From: Mytilus californianus
Lineage: Eukaryota
Assembly (NCBI RefSeq): GCF_021869535.1
Contig: NW_026262701.1
Span: forward strand, 4,464,001 to 4,528,000
DNA: 64,000 nt
Reading direction: 5' to 3'
A program made the translations under genes and the position numbers. Numbering within the stretch: position 1 is the stretch's first letter; each line of letters opens with the position of its first letter. Below, piece after piece: positions 13,648 to 27,350 of this stretch. The notes beneath the pieces are model-generated. The model had not been told where the DNA came from, ran no database searches, and worked only from the letters and a program-made list of their open reading frames with translations.

Positions 13648-16600
13648 ATGGAAAAAAAACATCAATTCATATTGCTAGTTGGAATATCAATGGGTATACA
13701 TCAAAAGATTCTATTAAGTTTGAAGACCCAGAGTTTGTTAGTCTGGTCTCTGGTAAGGATATATTCTGTCTAATGGAAACTCATTGTGATTTGCAAAATT
13801 GCCTAAAAATACTCGAATTTGATGTGATTACTTAATTTAACTTAATTAGGCCTAAATCTCCAAGAAGTAGAAAGCGATCTGGAGGATTATCTATTTATAT
13901 CAAAAAAGATATTCGAAAAAGGGTAAAATTCCTTGAACATGAAACCAGTGATTACATCTGGTTAAAATTAGATAAAAAAAAATTTGGAATATCAAGATAT
14001 ATTTATATATGTTTCTTATATGACCCACCAGCGGAATCAACTTATAGTCGCCAATTAGATGCTGACATTCTCTCACTAATTGAGAAAGTTATTTCAAAAC
14101 ACTCCAAAGATGGGGATATAATATTGTCTGTGGATTTTAATGCCAGGACCAGAGATGTATCTGTCCTAATTTAAGGGGGTAGTTCAAATCACACACCCCT
14201 TTTTAATTCATACAGCCCCGATTTAGATTTACCCTCTAGAAGTAGTCAAGATAATATACTTTCTCAAAGGTTAAAATATTTAATTGATTTATGTATTCAA
14301 GATAAAATAAGAATTCTAAATGGTAGAACATTCGGAGATACTTTTGGACAGTACACCTCACATCAACCTACTGGTAGTAGTGTCATAGATTATCTCATTG
14401 TATCTGAATATTTAGTAAAATATGTTTCATTAATTCATGTACATGATTTTATTGGAACCAAGTCTGACCATTGTCAAATATCTATGATGTTAAATTGAAA
14501 TACTCTGTCAAATATGATTGTGACCTTGGTGGCTGTCCTCTTGAACCTCTTCCACTTTCGTATATATGGACAGATAACTCTTCTGCTGAATTCCAAAATG
14601 TGTTGTCTTCATTAGAAATTCAGAATGATCTGTCCAATTTCATGAAATTACATGTTGATCAAACAGAATCAGGAATTCTTTAATTAATAACTTTAATCAG
14701 GTAATTTATGATGTAGCAAACAAAAGTCTAAGAAAGAAACGTCATAGTTTGAAAAAATCTAATAAGAAAAAGAAAAAACCTAATTGGGAAAATCAATCTC
14801 TATCAGTCCTTAAAAAGCAACTTATTGATAAAGAAAATTTGTTTGAAAAAATCAATAAAGATCCATATATAAGATCATCTTATTTTAGTGCTTTAAAGCA
14901 TTATAGAAAATTTATGAAAACCACGATACGACTCTATAGACAAAATCTAGTAAATCAGCTTGATACTTTAAAAGATAATATCCAAAAGCTTATTGGAAAC
15001 TTCTGAATAAATTGTTAAGTGATGGTGGAGATTCTAGAAGACAGTCAGAAGACAATATATCAGCTGAAGAATGGTTGAACTATTTCAGGGAATTAAATAA
15101 TGAAAAAAACATAAATAACCAGGATCTAGATAAATTACTAGCTGAAGCAGAGAAATGTATACAATTTAATGAGCTTTATTTTAAAACTTCTGAAAACGAG
15201 GTTCTTGATGCACTGAAATCTTTGAAAAATAAAATAGCCTGCGGATTTGACCAAATATCAAATGAGATGTTAAAATATGCTTTTCTACATTTCTTCCAAC
15301 CCTTTTGAAAATATTTAATAATGTCCTTACTTGTGGAATTTTTCCTACGATTTAAGAACAAATTGGTTTCTCTAAAGGTAAAATGACAAGTGACCATCTT
15401 TTTGTCTTAAAAACTCTAATAAAGAAACACACACAAAAAGGCTTTGTTGACTTTAGAAGAGCTTTTGATACTGTTAATCAAACAGGACTGTTTTATAAAC
15501 TTAGTAAAATTGGAGTAGGAACCCGTTTTTATAATATAATCAACAGTATGTATTCTAATAACATACTATGTATAAAAACACGAAACATGTTAACAGCTGA
15601 CCTTAGATCATGTATTGGAGTAAGACAAGGAGATGATCTGAGCCCTAGTCTCTTTAAAATGTTGTTTAATGATTCTAAATCTTTATTAGATGAAACCTGT
15701 GACCCAGTATTGCTATCAAATATTTCACTAAATTGTCTTCTTTATGCTGATGATCTTGTACTGCTTTCTGAATCTGAAAAAGGCTTACAGACTGTATTAA
15801 ATAAGCTGGAAATCTATTGTGAAAATTGGGGTTTAGAAGTTAATTTGATAAAAACGAAATCTATAGTTTTTAATACATCTGGCCGTATTAAAGATGCACA
15901 GCTTTCACATAAAGACAAATACATCCAAAATACCCATCATTATACTTATCTTGGCGTAACTTTTAGTGCTTCTGGCAGCTTTTCAGAAGCCACAATATGT
16001 TATATAAAAAAGGGTTTAAAAGCTTTCTTTATATATACTAAATATTTTACTAATTATAAACCTAATATCTCCACTCTTATGTACATTTTTGATCACACAG
16101 TGAAATCCGTCTTATTATATGGTTCAGAAATATGGGGTTGTTTTAATTCGAAGAAGTTAAAGAATGATACAGAAGAACTAAATTATTTCTATAGACTTTG
16201 TAAAGATCTAAAAAAAAAAAAACGAGAAAGTGCATCTTAAATTCTGCAGATTTACATTAGGAGTGAATAAGCACGCAACAAATTTGGTCATATTTGGTGA
16301 ATTAGGTCGTTATCCTCTAATGTTAGATATTTTAACAAACATGATCAAATATTGGAAAAGAATTCATATTTCAAATAATATTTTATTAACAAATGCATAC
16401 TCTCTCTCAAATACATTATCAAAAGCTGGGAAGAATTCTTGGACTAGTTGTATTCATGCTATCCTGAAATTGCTTGATTTGTAAGAGTATCAAGTACTCT
16501 CATCTAAAACTAACATTAAGAATATGGTGAAAAAGAAATTATATTTAAAATATTGTTACATATGGAAAAAAGAATTATCCAATGATAAAAGACAAAATAA

Positions 16601-17429
16601 GACCTCTGGAAATAAACTTAGAATTTATCGATTATTTAAACCAAATTTTGCTAAGAAAGGGATTTCTAACATAAACCAAAGCTTTACATGTTAACAGAAA
16701 ATGCATCTCATCTTCTATTTCCTCATTACAGAGTTTTGAGCCATACTTATTGAAATTACCATATCTTCAGAGATGTGTTTTAACAAGATTTAGAATTGGA
16801 GCTCACAGACTTGAAATAGAAAAAGGTCGTTACTTTAATATAAAACTAGAAAATAGAATATGCAAACTCTGTAATGAGGAAATAGAAGATGAGATGCATT
16901 TTCTTTTAACATGTAAAGCTTTGGTTTATGTTAGAAATCCCTTTCTTAGCAAAATATTTAGTGAAAATATTTCAAAAATTGATAACAAATCTCTTTTTAT
17001 TTGGTTAATGGTAAATGAAGATAAAAACATTTTGATAATAATTTGTCAATTATTAGAGGTTTTAAATAAAAATAGGAATACAATATTAAATTAGATAACT
17101 TTATATAGAGTTATAGATATATATGATCATATATGCATTTACGATAGTTATTATTTACATCTAATTAATAATTAGTATGCTATGAGGTGTGCTGTCAAAT
17201 AAAGGGTCCAAAATAACAAACAATGGGTCATATTATATTATTACAAATTACTTATTTCAGTTACTTTGATATTGTATATTAATCAATTAAATCAAAATTA
17301 ATCATGTTATATAATTTACTTTACTTTTATATTATGTTTGAAATTATATTGTAATTATTCTGCTAATTTTGGGCGCCGTGATTAGCAAATAAAATATTTG
17401 TTTGTTTGTTTGTTTGTTTGTTTGTTTGT
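13648..17429 (+). mobile_element. RTEX-like LINE, near full-length ORF2 (APE endonuclease + RT + C-terminal Zn finger), decayed, with (TTTG)n tail
   Basis: Motifs SWNING, LMETHC, GDFNART, FVDFRRAFDTV, GVRQGDDLSP, LLYADDLVL, GELGRYPL and HRLEIEKGR..CKLC..EDEMHFLLTC. AATAAA at 17388 is followed by (TTTG)8 at 17397-17428. Clade assignment rests on motif memory only. Confidence 0.85.
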
Positions 17430-19400
17430 AATGTGATTATTTTATATTGAAGAATAAATGAATTTTGATAAAACTGTACTCTAAAACGAAAGGAGGAACA
17501 ACATATGAGTTGATACTTAAATTGTAGCTATCTTAGTATCAGTTTGAATGATTCAGTATTCCTTACTAACAAGGAACATGGAGATTTTAACTATATCTCG
17601 CGAAATATGGTGTTTTCATTGACAGATAACTACCGCCTCCCCGAGAATTTTTTTTTTTTTTAAATAAATTAAAAAGAAAAAAGAGAAAAAGGAGCAAAAT
17701 AAGAATTTAAGAAGAACCTTATAAACTTCTTCTGTTAAAAAATATATCATTAAATTTATATATGTGCATTAAGTACCAATGAGCAAATTTGCGATCTAGT
17801 TATTTTAGTGATGGATTTTTTTTTCTAATTCACGTAATCGGCTGCTCAGAAATCATACTGTAAAGATTTGTTGAAACGCATCTTATTTGCCATAAATACT
17901 ACATTCTGTGTGTATGTGTCCCTAACAGGGAACCTGCAATCCAGTGTTTAACGTTAGTTGCTGTATGTCATAATTATTTTTCTTTCTATGTTGTAAGTAT
18001 AAATCAGGCCGTTGTTTTTCTCTTTCAAATGTTGAATTTTTTGTCATACAGGGACTTGTATAGCTTACTATACGGCATTGTTGAATGCCTTTTATAATTC
18101 ACATCTTTTCCTTTGGTCTGTGGATAGTTGTCTTATACTAAAAATTATTTTATAACGCAGTGCCTATTGAAAGTGAATGAGTTCATGAATCTAATGTAAC
18201 AAATAATGTCAAACTGTGTTGAAGACTGATCTACGAGAATATCTGATAAAAAAAAATTCTGGACTTCAGGTGTGACTGAACGTAAAGATAAAACTGTATA
18301 TGACATCTAAGTGTATTTGGGTCCTTTGTGTCATTGATTTGCTGTCTCACTTACATATATCTATCCGTATCAAACAAGTCATACGGATCTTAAGCGCATG
18401 TATTCATTATCGACTGTCGTTGACACCTTTTGGTTGTAAGCTTTACATTTCTTCAGTGAAATAGTATTGTTTATTCATTCATATCTGACTTAAGTGAGAT
18501 CAGCATAAAAAGTATACGGTAAATGTTAACAATAGTAAAGTGAAGCATTCAAAATTTCCAAAACAATAGATTGCATTCATATGATGACGAATAGTCTTGA
18601 ACTCAGCGTGAACTTGTATATAAAGATGAATTAAAAATAATATATATATATTTAGATACATATTACTCTATATTTAATCTTGATCTCTATATTCACATTT
18701 ATACATTCCTCATACCCACCATACCAGTAAGGAAGCAAAGAAATCATTTATACTTTTACACATTTTCATTCTTGACCCCACAAAATATGAGATCGATCCT
18801 AAACAACGTTTACAACTTATTATTATATCTAAAATGTTATAACAGCAAATAAAGTTTATTTATTAGTATATATGATTAAAAAAATAATTATCATGATTTT
18901 AAGGATTCTGATTTATATATCTTAATTTTATAATATTTATCTAGTTGAAAATCATAAAATTCAATCTGAAGAAAATTGTTTCAAGATATAAAAAAAAAAC
19001 CCTATTGAATTTGAATGAAAGAGAAATGCATTTTGCAAAATTGTCAAGAATTAATGATTTTTGGAGAAAACTAGATAAAAGAAAGGTAAAGTGATAGTGG
19101 TTTTGAACAACTTTATGCCTATTGATATTTTTTATTTAAGATTCTATTTCATTCCTTTTATAGTTATCTGTAAGAACTACTTCAATCAAAGCCTCGATTA
19201 ACAGAAACCTTTTCCAATTAGCCAAGGAAAACTCAAATAACCAAATTGAAAGCATTTTCACAAAATTATATATATTTTTGTAAAACTGACGTTGAACTTT
19301 CACCAATTCATTTTCGTTTATCTTCCATCTTTGTAAGTTTTGTTTTCTTATTAAGCGGTGGTCTCTCAAGTTATCATCTGGAAATCATTTTTTTCTTCTT

Positions 19401-19650
19401 TTTAGCTCACCTGGCCCAAGTGAGCTTTTCTCATCACTTGGCAATGTTGAAAAATATCGCCAAAATGACAACACTATATACAGTACAAACAAACGCAAGA
19501 ACAATCAGCACAGAGAAACTGTTAGAAATAAAATATACGGGTAAGAATGCGAGTTTTGTCTATTATCTTGACAACCGTTATAGATAGGAAAACCTGACAG
19601 GGTCAGAAATTTTTAGAATGATGAGGTAACTATCGTTCATTTGTGTTATT
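19401..19650 (+). mobile_element. Helentron-type non-autonomous element fragment (paralog of 40281-41100)
   Basis: TTTTAGCTCAC...GTGAGCTTTTCTCATCACTTG start, and a shared CTGACAGGGTCAGAAAT..AGAATGATGA block. Confidence 0.55.
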
Positions 19651-20825
19651 AAATAAGGTAATGGACTGCAATTTTTTTGTATCAGAATATTACCATGTTT
19701 CATGATATAATGACTAATTAACAAAATAATACGCAAGAGAACAATCTATGATAATTAAATGCAACACATTGTCATTTCTCTGTTTGATTGCCAGATTGTT
19801 TGTTAGATGGAGGATATCTCTTTTAAAACATGCATATGTAAAAAACAAAAAGAATAACCAGATAGAAAACTATCCACCGTAGTAGTCAGCTATTAAAGGC
19901 TTCAACATAAAAAAAGAATTTTAAACGAAAAAAAAAAAACAACAGTCTGCTTTATTATTACACCAAAAAAGAGAAACCAATATTACAGACAGCAACCAAC
20001 GATGATAAATGAATAACAAGTTGCTAACTTGGGACAGGCAAATCAAATGTAAAATGTTTTTATGTTTGAGACCGCTGACAATGGTGTAACAGCACAACGT
20101 AATAACACATTTCTTAAATTAGTCTCAGTACGTAAGATATAACTCATTATTTAGCTCAAAACGTTTTGGTATCCTTTTGTAATTGATCATCTCCTGTCAT
20201 CCTTTTTATTGGGTTTTTTTTTCTTTTCGTTTTCATTTTTTTTTTTTTTAATAAATCATTAATGAAGTGGATTCAACGTTAATCAAATGTTTTCGCAGTA
20301 ACTGAAATTTAACTTTTAAAACATGTTTTGGTTAAATCTTGTTAAAATGATTCATTCCCATTACCTTTTGGTGACCATTTACGTATTACGTAAATAATTC
20401 GATGTAACATCTGTTGAAAATGTTATTTTTAAATTAGATGACTAATAATACGCTCCAAGGAAAAAAAACTAACTTTATCAAACAGTTAACAAAAAGGGAA
20501 ATTAATAAACATTTTCCATTCAAAGCTATACACTGATTTCCGAGATTTTAAGACTCAATCGATTAAATGAAAGAAGGGTAACTTGAAAGTGAAAGTGGAT
20601 CGATCAACCTTGCTGAAACGTATTCGAGATAGTTTTAACCAATCGTTGTATCTTATTAACGGTAAAATGAATTTATAACTAATCTTTTTATCGTATTTGT
20701 GGTGAAATTAACTTATAAGGATTCGGTGTATCGTAGTTATGGTGAAGGGAACCAATAACGAATCGGTGTATCGAAACTGTGGTGTAAGGAGCTGCTCACA
20801 AACAGGTGTATAGAATCTGTTGTAT

Positions 20826-21281
20826 TGTGACGGGATTGCTTCCCTTCATTAGTAGATACTTAGTCAGCCGTAAGCGGTTGAGCTAAGGAAGTACTTCTTT
20901 AGCTCAGTCGGTATACGCGCTGCCTTGTAACACAGAGGTCCCGGGTTCGAGTCCCGGTGGAGACATACGATTTTGCAAGTAGAATCATGCTCTCCGGTTA
21001 CATTGGCGCCCAACAATAAAAACCCATGGTAGTTAGAGAGGATTTCTAGTTAGGGTATGTGTGTGAGAGTCATAATGGTATGATGACTCTTGAGGTGGGA
21101 GAAGTGTGACGGGATTGCTTCCCTTCATTAGTAGATACTTAGTCAGCCGTAAGCGGTTGAGCTAAGGAAGTACTTCTTTAGCTCAGTCGGTATACGCGCT
21201 GCCTTGTAACACAGAGGTCCCGGGTTCGAGTCCCGGTGGAGACATACGATTTTGCAAGTAGAATCATGCTCTCCGGTTACA
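20826..21281 (+). mobile_element. Intact 456-bp TRIM with a tRNA-like sequence in both LTRs (Helenus-type)
   Basis: LTR1 20826-21002 and LTR2 21105-21281 are 177 bp, appear identical and run TGTGAC...GTTACA. PBS TGGCGCCCAAC at 21004-21014, PPT GAGGTGGGAGAAG at 21092-21104, and 4-bp TSD GTAT at 20822-20825 and 21282-21285. Confidence 0.95.
20893..20965 (+). promoter_or_regulatory. tRNA(Thr-UGU)-like Pol III internal promoter in LTR1 (second copy 21172-21244)
   Basis: A box TAGCTCAGTCGG, loop CTTGTAA and a perfect T-arm CCGGG-TTCGAGT-CCCGG (B box). The acceptor and D stems pair poorly. Confidence 0.8.
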
Positions 21282-22129
21282 GTATAATGAAATGCTAGTA
21301 ATAACGATTCGGTGTATCGCATCTGTGGTTTTGCATAAACTACCTGTATCCAATAATTTCATATCTCATTCTTGAAGAATAGTAAAAAGTACCATTTAAA
21401 CTAATAAAAATGACTGTTGCTTTCAATTAGTATTCATTTTGTACAAACCACAAAATCCGGATTGTCCATACTAATCTCCATGCAATGCCATATATTAATT
21501 CAAATATTACAGCTAGTTACAAAGTCAAAATACTTTCTTCAGATGATGAAGGCAAAGATATTGGACACTTCGGACATTAAATATGTAAAAACCACAGCTG
21601 TAAAGTTGCATTCATCTATTAAAAAAGTGACCTATGTCACTTGTGAGGAGTCATTTCCACAAATAGTCCTTTCGAACAGAAAATGGAAAATTAAATATAT
21701 TTAATATAATAAAAGATAGAAACTATAAAATGAAGCACTATTGAAATGTTGATGCATGAACTGGCAAGAAGGTGAACACTACTAAATTTACACAGGCGAA
21801 TATGAATTCCATCTAAATTTAGCCTCAAAAGGGCTTCTTGTTTCCTTAGATAGACACCTTGAACATTGAAAATGCTTCTTATTCCCACATATAAACTTAC
21901 TTCATAAATAGTACAAACTAAACCAGATAGTTATTGATTGATTGTGTCTTGGGAAATCCTAAGTGATACATTAAGGGTAGTTCACACTTGATTCAATGAA
22001 TGCGAAAGGTTAAAACAAATACAAATGAACTTTGGTTCTCGTACTAGGAACAACAAAATTATTTATTTTGTAAAAATTATTTCCGTACTCTATGTATACC
22101 TTTTCTGAATATGTTATAGATATTTAAAA

Positions 22130-24940
22130 TAGGCGCCAACCTTCACCCCACCTGAAACAATAGTGCAACACCACAACACAGAAAGAGCCACTATAAAATA
22201 TCAATTGAAATGGCTTAACTCAATCAAAAGACATATTAACAAAACAAGTGAACATACATAAATTTGATCTATGACACAATGTAAATACAAAATTAGGGTT
22301 AAATGTAAAACAATATCAGAAAGACACCCATAACCTTGGACAAAATGCCACCAAATAAAACAACGTACACAGGTAAATAAAAATAATTTTGTTGTAAGGT
22401 ATACATGGAGTACGGAGATAATTTTTACAAAATAAATAATTTTGTTGTTCCTAGTACGAGAACAAAAATGAATATTCATCGTCATACTAAACACGTATCA
22501 AAGGTAGTATATATTAAAAATAGTGAGACTAGATACAACACTGAATAAGTAAACATTTAATAACAAAAATACATTACAAATTGCATCAACAGGTCAAATT
22601 AACATGAAAGTACGATTTGAGAGTACTCGCAGTTACTGAAAGCTAGTTAAAAGCCAAAAACAATTAATAATAAAAAATCATGCATCAGAGACTAAAATCA
22701 ACTAAAACACATCCCAGGGATTTAGTGTTTTAACGTCATGGACAGTCAAAGAAAACATGACTTATGCAATGCCAAAATAAAAGTATCGACAGGCAGTAGG
22801 ATAGTTAGTAGTTAATCTGTTAATAAATATGTATAATGTAATATATAGATAGAGTAATCTCTATATAGAAAATGAACGTGGATGTGTATTTATACATCCC
22901 AAAAAAAACCTTTGAAAAGAATACAAGTTTAGTTATGTTTTAATTTGCTGACGACCAAATCGATATTTGTGCCAATGTAAACTATATTCAAAGATCTAAT
23001 TACAACATTGGTAAGATAACCTTTAATAATAAGTTTGTTTAAAGGTTCGATGAGTTTACACGGATCACATAGTGATTTCCGCGCTTTTAGTACAATATTA
23101 CCGTAAAATTTAGGATGTGAAATACCGTTTTTAATAAGTTTTCTACAGGTACAGCCAAATTTACTAATCAAATCTTTGTATAAAGAATTTAGTAAAAGTT
23201 TTTAGTAATTTATGGTAACAAAATCCCTGACTTAATAATTTACCAGTGATGAATTGATTACGTTCGTTAAAATCTATGACATCACTACACACACGGGCAT
23301 AACGAACGAGTTGGGATATATAAACACCGTATGATGGAGCCAAAGAAACATCGCCGTCTAAAAAAGGAAAATTAACAATAGGGAATGAAAAATCGTCTCT
23401 TTTGACGTAAATTTTAGTATGGGGTTTCCCTTTAAAAATTGAAATGTCTAAATCTAGAAAAGGACAACTACTGCTGTTTACGTTAGATTTATTTAAAGTA
23501 AGTTCCTTTGGATACATTTTGGTAGTATATTTAGAGAGCTCTGGATTATTTAACGAAAAAATATTATCAAGATAACGGTAGGTATTGTTGAATGTATCAA
23601 CCAAATGTAACAATGACGTCTTTACTGAGTTTGGTCATAAACTGAGATTCATAGCAATACAGGAATAAATCTGCTATTAAAGGGGCGCAGTTAGTGCCCA
23701 TAGGAATACCTACTACCTGTCGATACATTTTATCGCCGAAACGTACATATATGTTGTCCAGGAGAAAATTTAAAGGTTCAGTCATATCTTCACATTTCCA
23801 GTAAGTGTATCTAGCATACTTTCCTTTTTCGTTACAACAAATAAATTTGCAATGAGATTTTTCAAAAGACCATTTAATTAAAAAAATATGAAAACTTTTT
23901 CTTGATAAGATTGTGTGGAAGTGAAGTGTAGAGAGTAGAAAAATCATAACTGTCAACAGAATTAAAAGGACCATCAAAAGCACGTATTTTATCTAAAACC
24001 TCTAATGAATTTCTAACACTCCAAAAATAATTGATACCAAAAGTTATTAACAAGTCCTTTGATAGTAGTAAAGGAGGTAGTTAGAAGCACTGACAGATTA
24101 GTAGTAGAACACTTATAAGATACGGAGATGAAACGGAATTTAAATGGTTGTTTGTGTAATCTAGGTAACCAGTACATAGTCGGGACTTTCAAATGTTCGG
24201 AAGAGGCTTTAAGTTGGGTAGTGGCAGTGCTATGCTTGTTTACAATTTGACTCTCTGTGGAGCGTACCGACCTGAATGTAGACGAATTGATAATTTAGTT
24301 TTGGAGAACTTCCGTGTAGTATATGCGTCACATCACCACTACATTATTGGCTGCTTTGTCTGCCGGTACGACCACAAACCGCTTTGCGAGTACTTGGAGT
24401 TTATTTTTTATGCTAGAAATAGACATATCATGGTCCCAATTATTAATTTCAGAATTTTCAAAATGAGATTTACGAATATCAACAGTATTCATAATTTTAT
24501 TCAAATAACTGTCTTGAGATTTTTTATCAGGTTTTTCACGTTTACACCAATTTTTACAGTAGGCAGACAAAGCGTCTTTAATGACCTGACGACACTGTTT
24601 CCAATCTATCAAAGATGGAAGACGATATTTAGGTCCTTTCTTAAGAAAAGTTTTGACCTCACGGTCTTCGACAATGTTGAGGTCTCCTGTAATGACATGA
24701 CCATAGGGAACATATCTAAAACTAGATGTTTCACAGTCTCAAGTGGAAGAAGCATTATTTTCTATATTGACGTCTGTTGTAACTGACGTATAATTAAAAA
24801 TCAAACTTCTGCTGGTTTTTTTTTTATAAGAATACGAAATAATAGGTGGTTCTGTATTATCAAAATATGGAGGTATTTGACTTTGGATGGTAGAGTCATT
24901 GAATATATTAGATAAGTTAATAAAATCAATACCTCTATTT
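22130..24940 (-). mobile_element. Naiad Penelope-like element, 3' half: linker (UxC motif), RT and 3' UTR with SECIS
   Basis: Reads NRGIDFINL...[25 protein letters not shown], then PADKAANNVVVM*RIYY, SYDFSTLY, GIPMGTNCAPLIADLFL, YRYLDNIF and KRDDFSFPIVNFPFL. Stop at 22929. It also has frameshifts and one TAA. Confidence 0.92.
22690..22747 (-). promoter_or_regulatory. SECIS element (type 2)
   Basis: Minus strand: AUGAC-GUUAAAACAC-UAAA-UCCC U GGGA-U-GUGUUUUAGU-UGAU. This gives the AUGA/GA kink-turn core, a fully paired 10-bp helix II (two G.U), apical AAA, a mini-stem, and helix I GACUG/UAGUC. Confidence 0.85.
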
Positions 24941-27350
24941 ACCAGACTGAAGCTAGCGAACAATAAGCCAGCGAACAATAAGAAATACGCGCCAAACTGA
25001 TCACGCCTAAACACCGAAGACTTATTTTAACATAAAACATCCTTTGAAATCTGATGACAATCATTTCCAGTAGGAAGACGAAATGCTATACATTTTCACA
25101 AAGACAAAATTGATTTTTTTATTTATATAGATATTTAAAACAACATAATTTTTCTTAACAGCCGAGCATCTCTTATAGGATTTTCAAAATTAATTTTACA
25201 ATGTAGCTACTCCTCTCCCTTTTGATTACCTTTGATTACAAACGTCTGTCTTTATAATAATGAAAAACATGATAAAAGTAGACCATACTTATCTAGTGTA
25301 AAGATGAAATTAAATCCACATACTGATATATACCGTTTTTGGAACGTCAAGTACAGAATTTTGCATCCAGAATTATTAGTTGAAGTAAAAGCTAATAAAT
25401 CTCCACAGTGTTCGTTTTGGTACGATTGAACAATTTATTTATTACATTTCAATAGGAAATGTGTTTTATGTGACAGTGACACACAAGTAGCACGATATAT
25501 GAATTGATGAAGATATTAGCTAATTTAACCGACAAAATCTTCAAATCCAAGATTATTACAGCTTTTCCAAAAAGGCAAGTCCCTTGCACTGATTCGAATT
25601 AACAAGAAAAGGTTGGAATCACAACAATACGAACTATTTCAGTTTCACATTTGAACAATTATCGGGGAACGGTCCAAAATTGGGGTATGGTTACCCGACC
25701 CCCTCCCTACTTTAATTCATAAAAAAAAGTCTCTACGGCAAAACTTTTGTCCACACTTGATACAAATGATAGGCATTTGCCTAGGGTTGCCTAGACCCAA
25801 AGACCCAGGTGGGTACAGTCACAGATCGTCCATAACTGAGGTCCAAAGTTAGGGTATGGTGACCCGACCTTTTCCTACTTTAATTTATAAAATAAAGTCC
25901 TTACGGCAAAGCTTTTGTCCACACTAAATACAAATGATAGGCAATTGCCTAAAGTTGCCTTGACCCAAAGACTCAGGTGGGTAAAGTTACGGATCGTCCA
26001 CAACTGAGGTCCAAAGTTGGGGTATGATGACCCGACCCCCTCCCTACTTTAATTCATAAAAAAGTCCTTACGGCAAAGCTTTTGTCCACACTAGATACAA
26101 ATGATAGGCAATTGCCTAAGGTTGTATGGAACCAAAGACCCAGGTGGGTAAAGTTGCGAATCGTCCATAACTGAGGTCCAAAGTTAGGGTAGGGTGACCC
26201 AACCCCCTACCTACTTTTATTCATAAAAAATCCTCACGACAAAGCTTTTGTCTATACTAGGTACAAGTGATAGACAAGGCCCTGAAGTTGCCCGGACTAC
26301 ATGGCCCAGGTGGGTAAATTCACGGAACTTCTTTACCAGAGTTCCAAAGTGTGGGTATGGAGACCATACCCTCCCTAACTTTAATTCGTAAAAAAGTTCA
26401 TACGTCAAAGCTTTTGTCCACACTAGGTACAAATGATAGGCAATTGCCTAAGGTTGCCTTGATCCAAAGAGCCAGGTGGTTAAAGCTACGGATCTTCCAC
26501 AACTGAGGTCCAAAGTCGGGGTATGATGACCCGACCCCCTCCCTACTTTAATTCATAAAAAAGTCCTTACGGCAAAGCTTTTGTCCACACTAGGTACAAA
26601 TGATAGGTAATTGCCTAAGGTTGTATGGAACCAAAGACCCAGGTGGGTAAAGTTACGAATCGTCCATAACTGAGGTCCAAAGTTAGGGTAGGGTGACCCA
26701 ACCCCCTCCCTACTTTTATTCATAAAAAATCCTCACGACAAAGCTTTTGTCCATACTAGGTACAAGTGATAGACAAGGCCCTGAAGTTGCCCGGACTACA
26801 AGGCCCTGGTGGGTAAATTCACGGAACTTCTTTACCAGAGTTCCAAAGTGTGGGTATGGAGACCATACCCCTTCCTAACTTTAATTCGTAAAAAAGTTCA
26901 TACGTCAAAGCTTTTGTCCACACTAGGTACAAATGATAGGCAATTGCCTAAGGTTGCCTGGATCCAAAGAACCAGGTGGTTAAAGCTACGGATCTTCCAC
27001 AACTGAGGTCCAAAGATGGGTATGGTGACCCGACCCCTCCCTACTTTAATTCATAAAAAAGTCCCTACGACAAAGCTTTTGTCCACACTAGGTACAAATG
27101 ATAGGCAATTGCCTAAGGTTGCCTGGACCCAAAGAGCCAGGTGGTTAAAGCTACGGATCTTCCACAACTGAGATCCAAAGTCGGGGTATGGTGACCCGAC
27201 CCCCTCCCTACTTTAATTCATAAAAAAGTCCCTACGGCAAAGCTGTTGTCCACACTAGGTACAAATGATAGGCAATTGCCTAAGATTGTCTGGACCCAAA
27301 GACGCAGGTGAGTAAAGTTTAAGATCGTCCACAACTGAGGTCCAAAGATG

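Noticed and set aside
20893-20965. Bona fide tRNA-Thr gene pair
   Set aside because: The acceptor and D stems pair poorly, and both copies sit inside LTRs bounded by PBS, PPT and TSD. It is treated as a TRIM promoter module.
24193-24786. 197-aa plus-strand ORF as a gene
   Set aside because: It is antisense to the Naiad linker/RT frame and has no recognisable motifs.
25051-25083. Hammerhead ribozyme in the TIR (CTGATGA...GAAA)
   Set aside because: No stem II closes directly after CUGAUGA and there is no convincing stem III/NUH or stem I.
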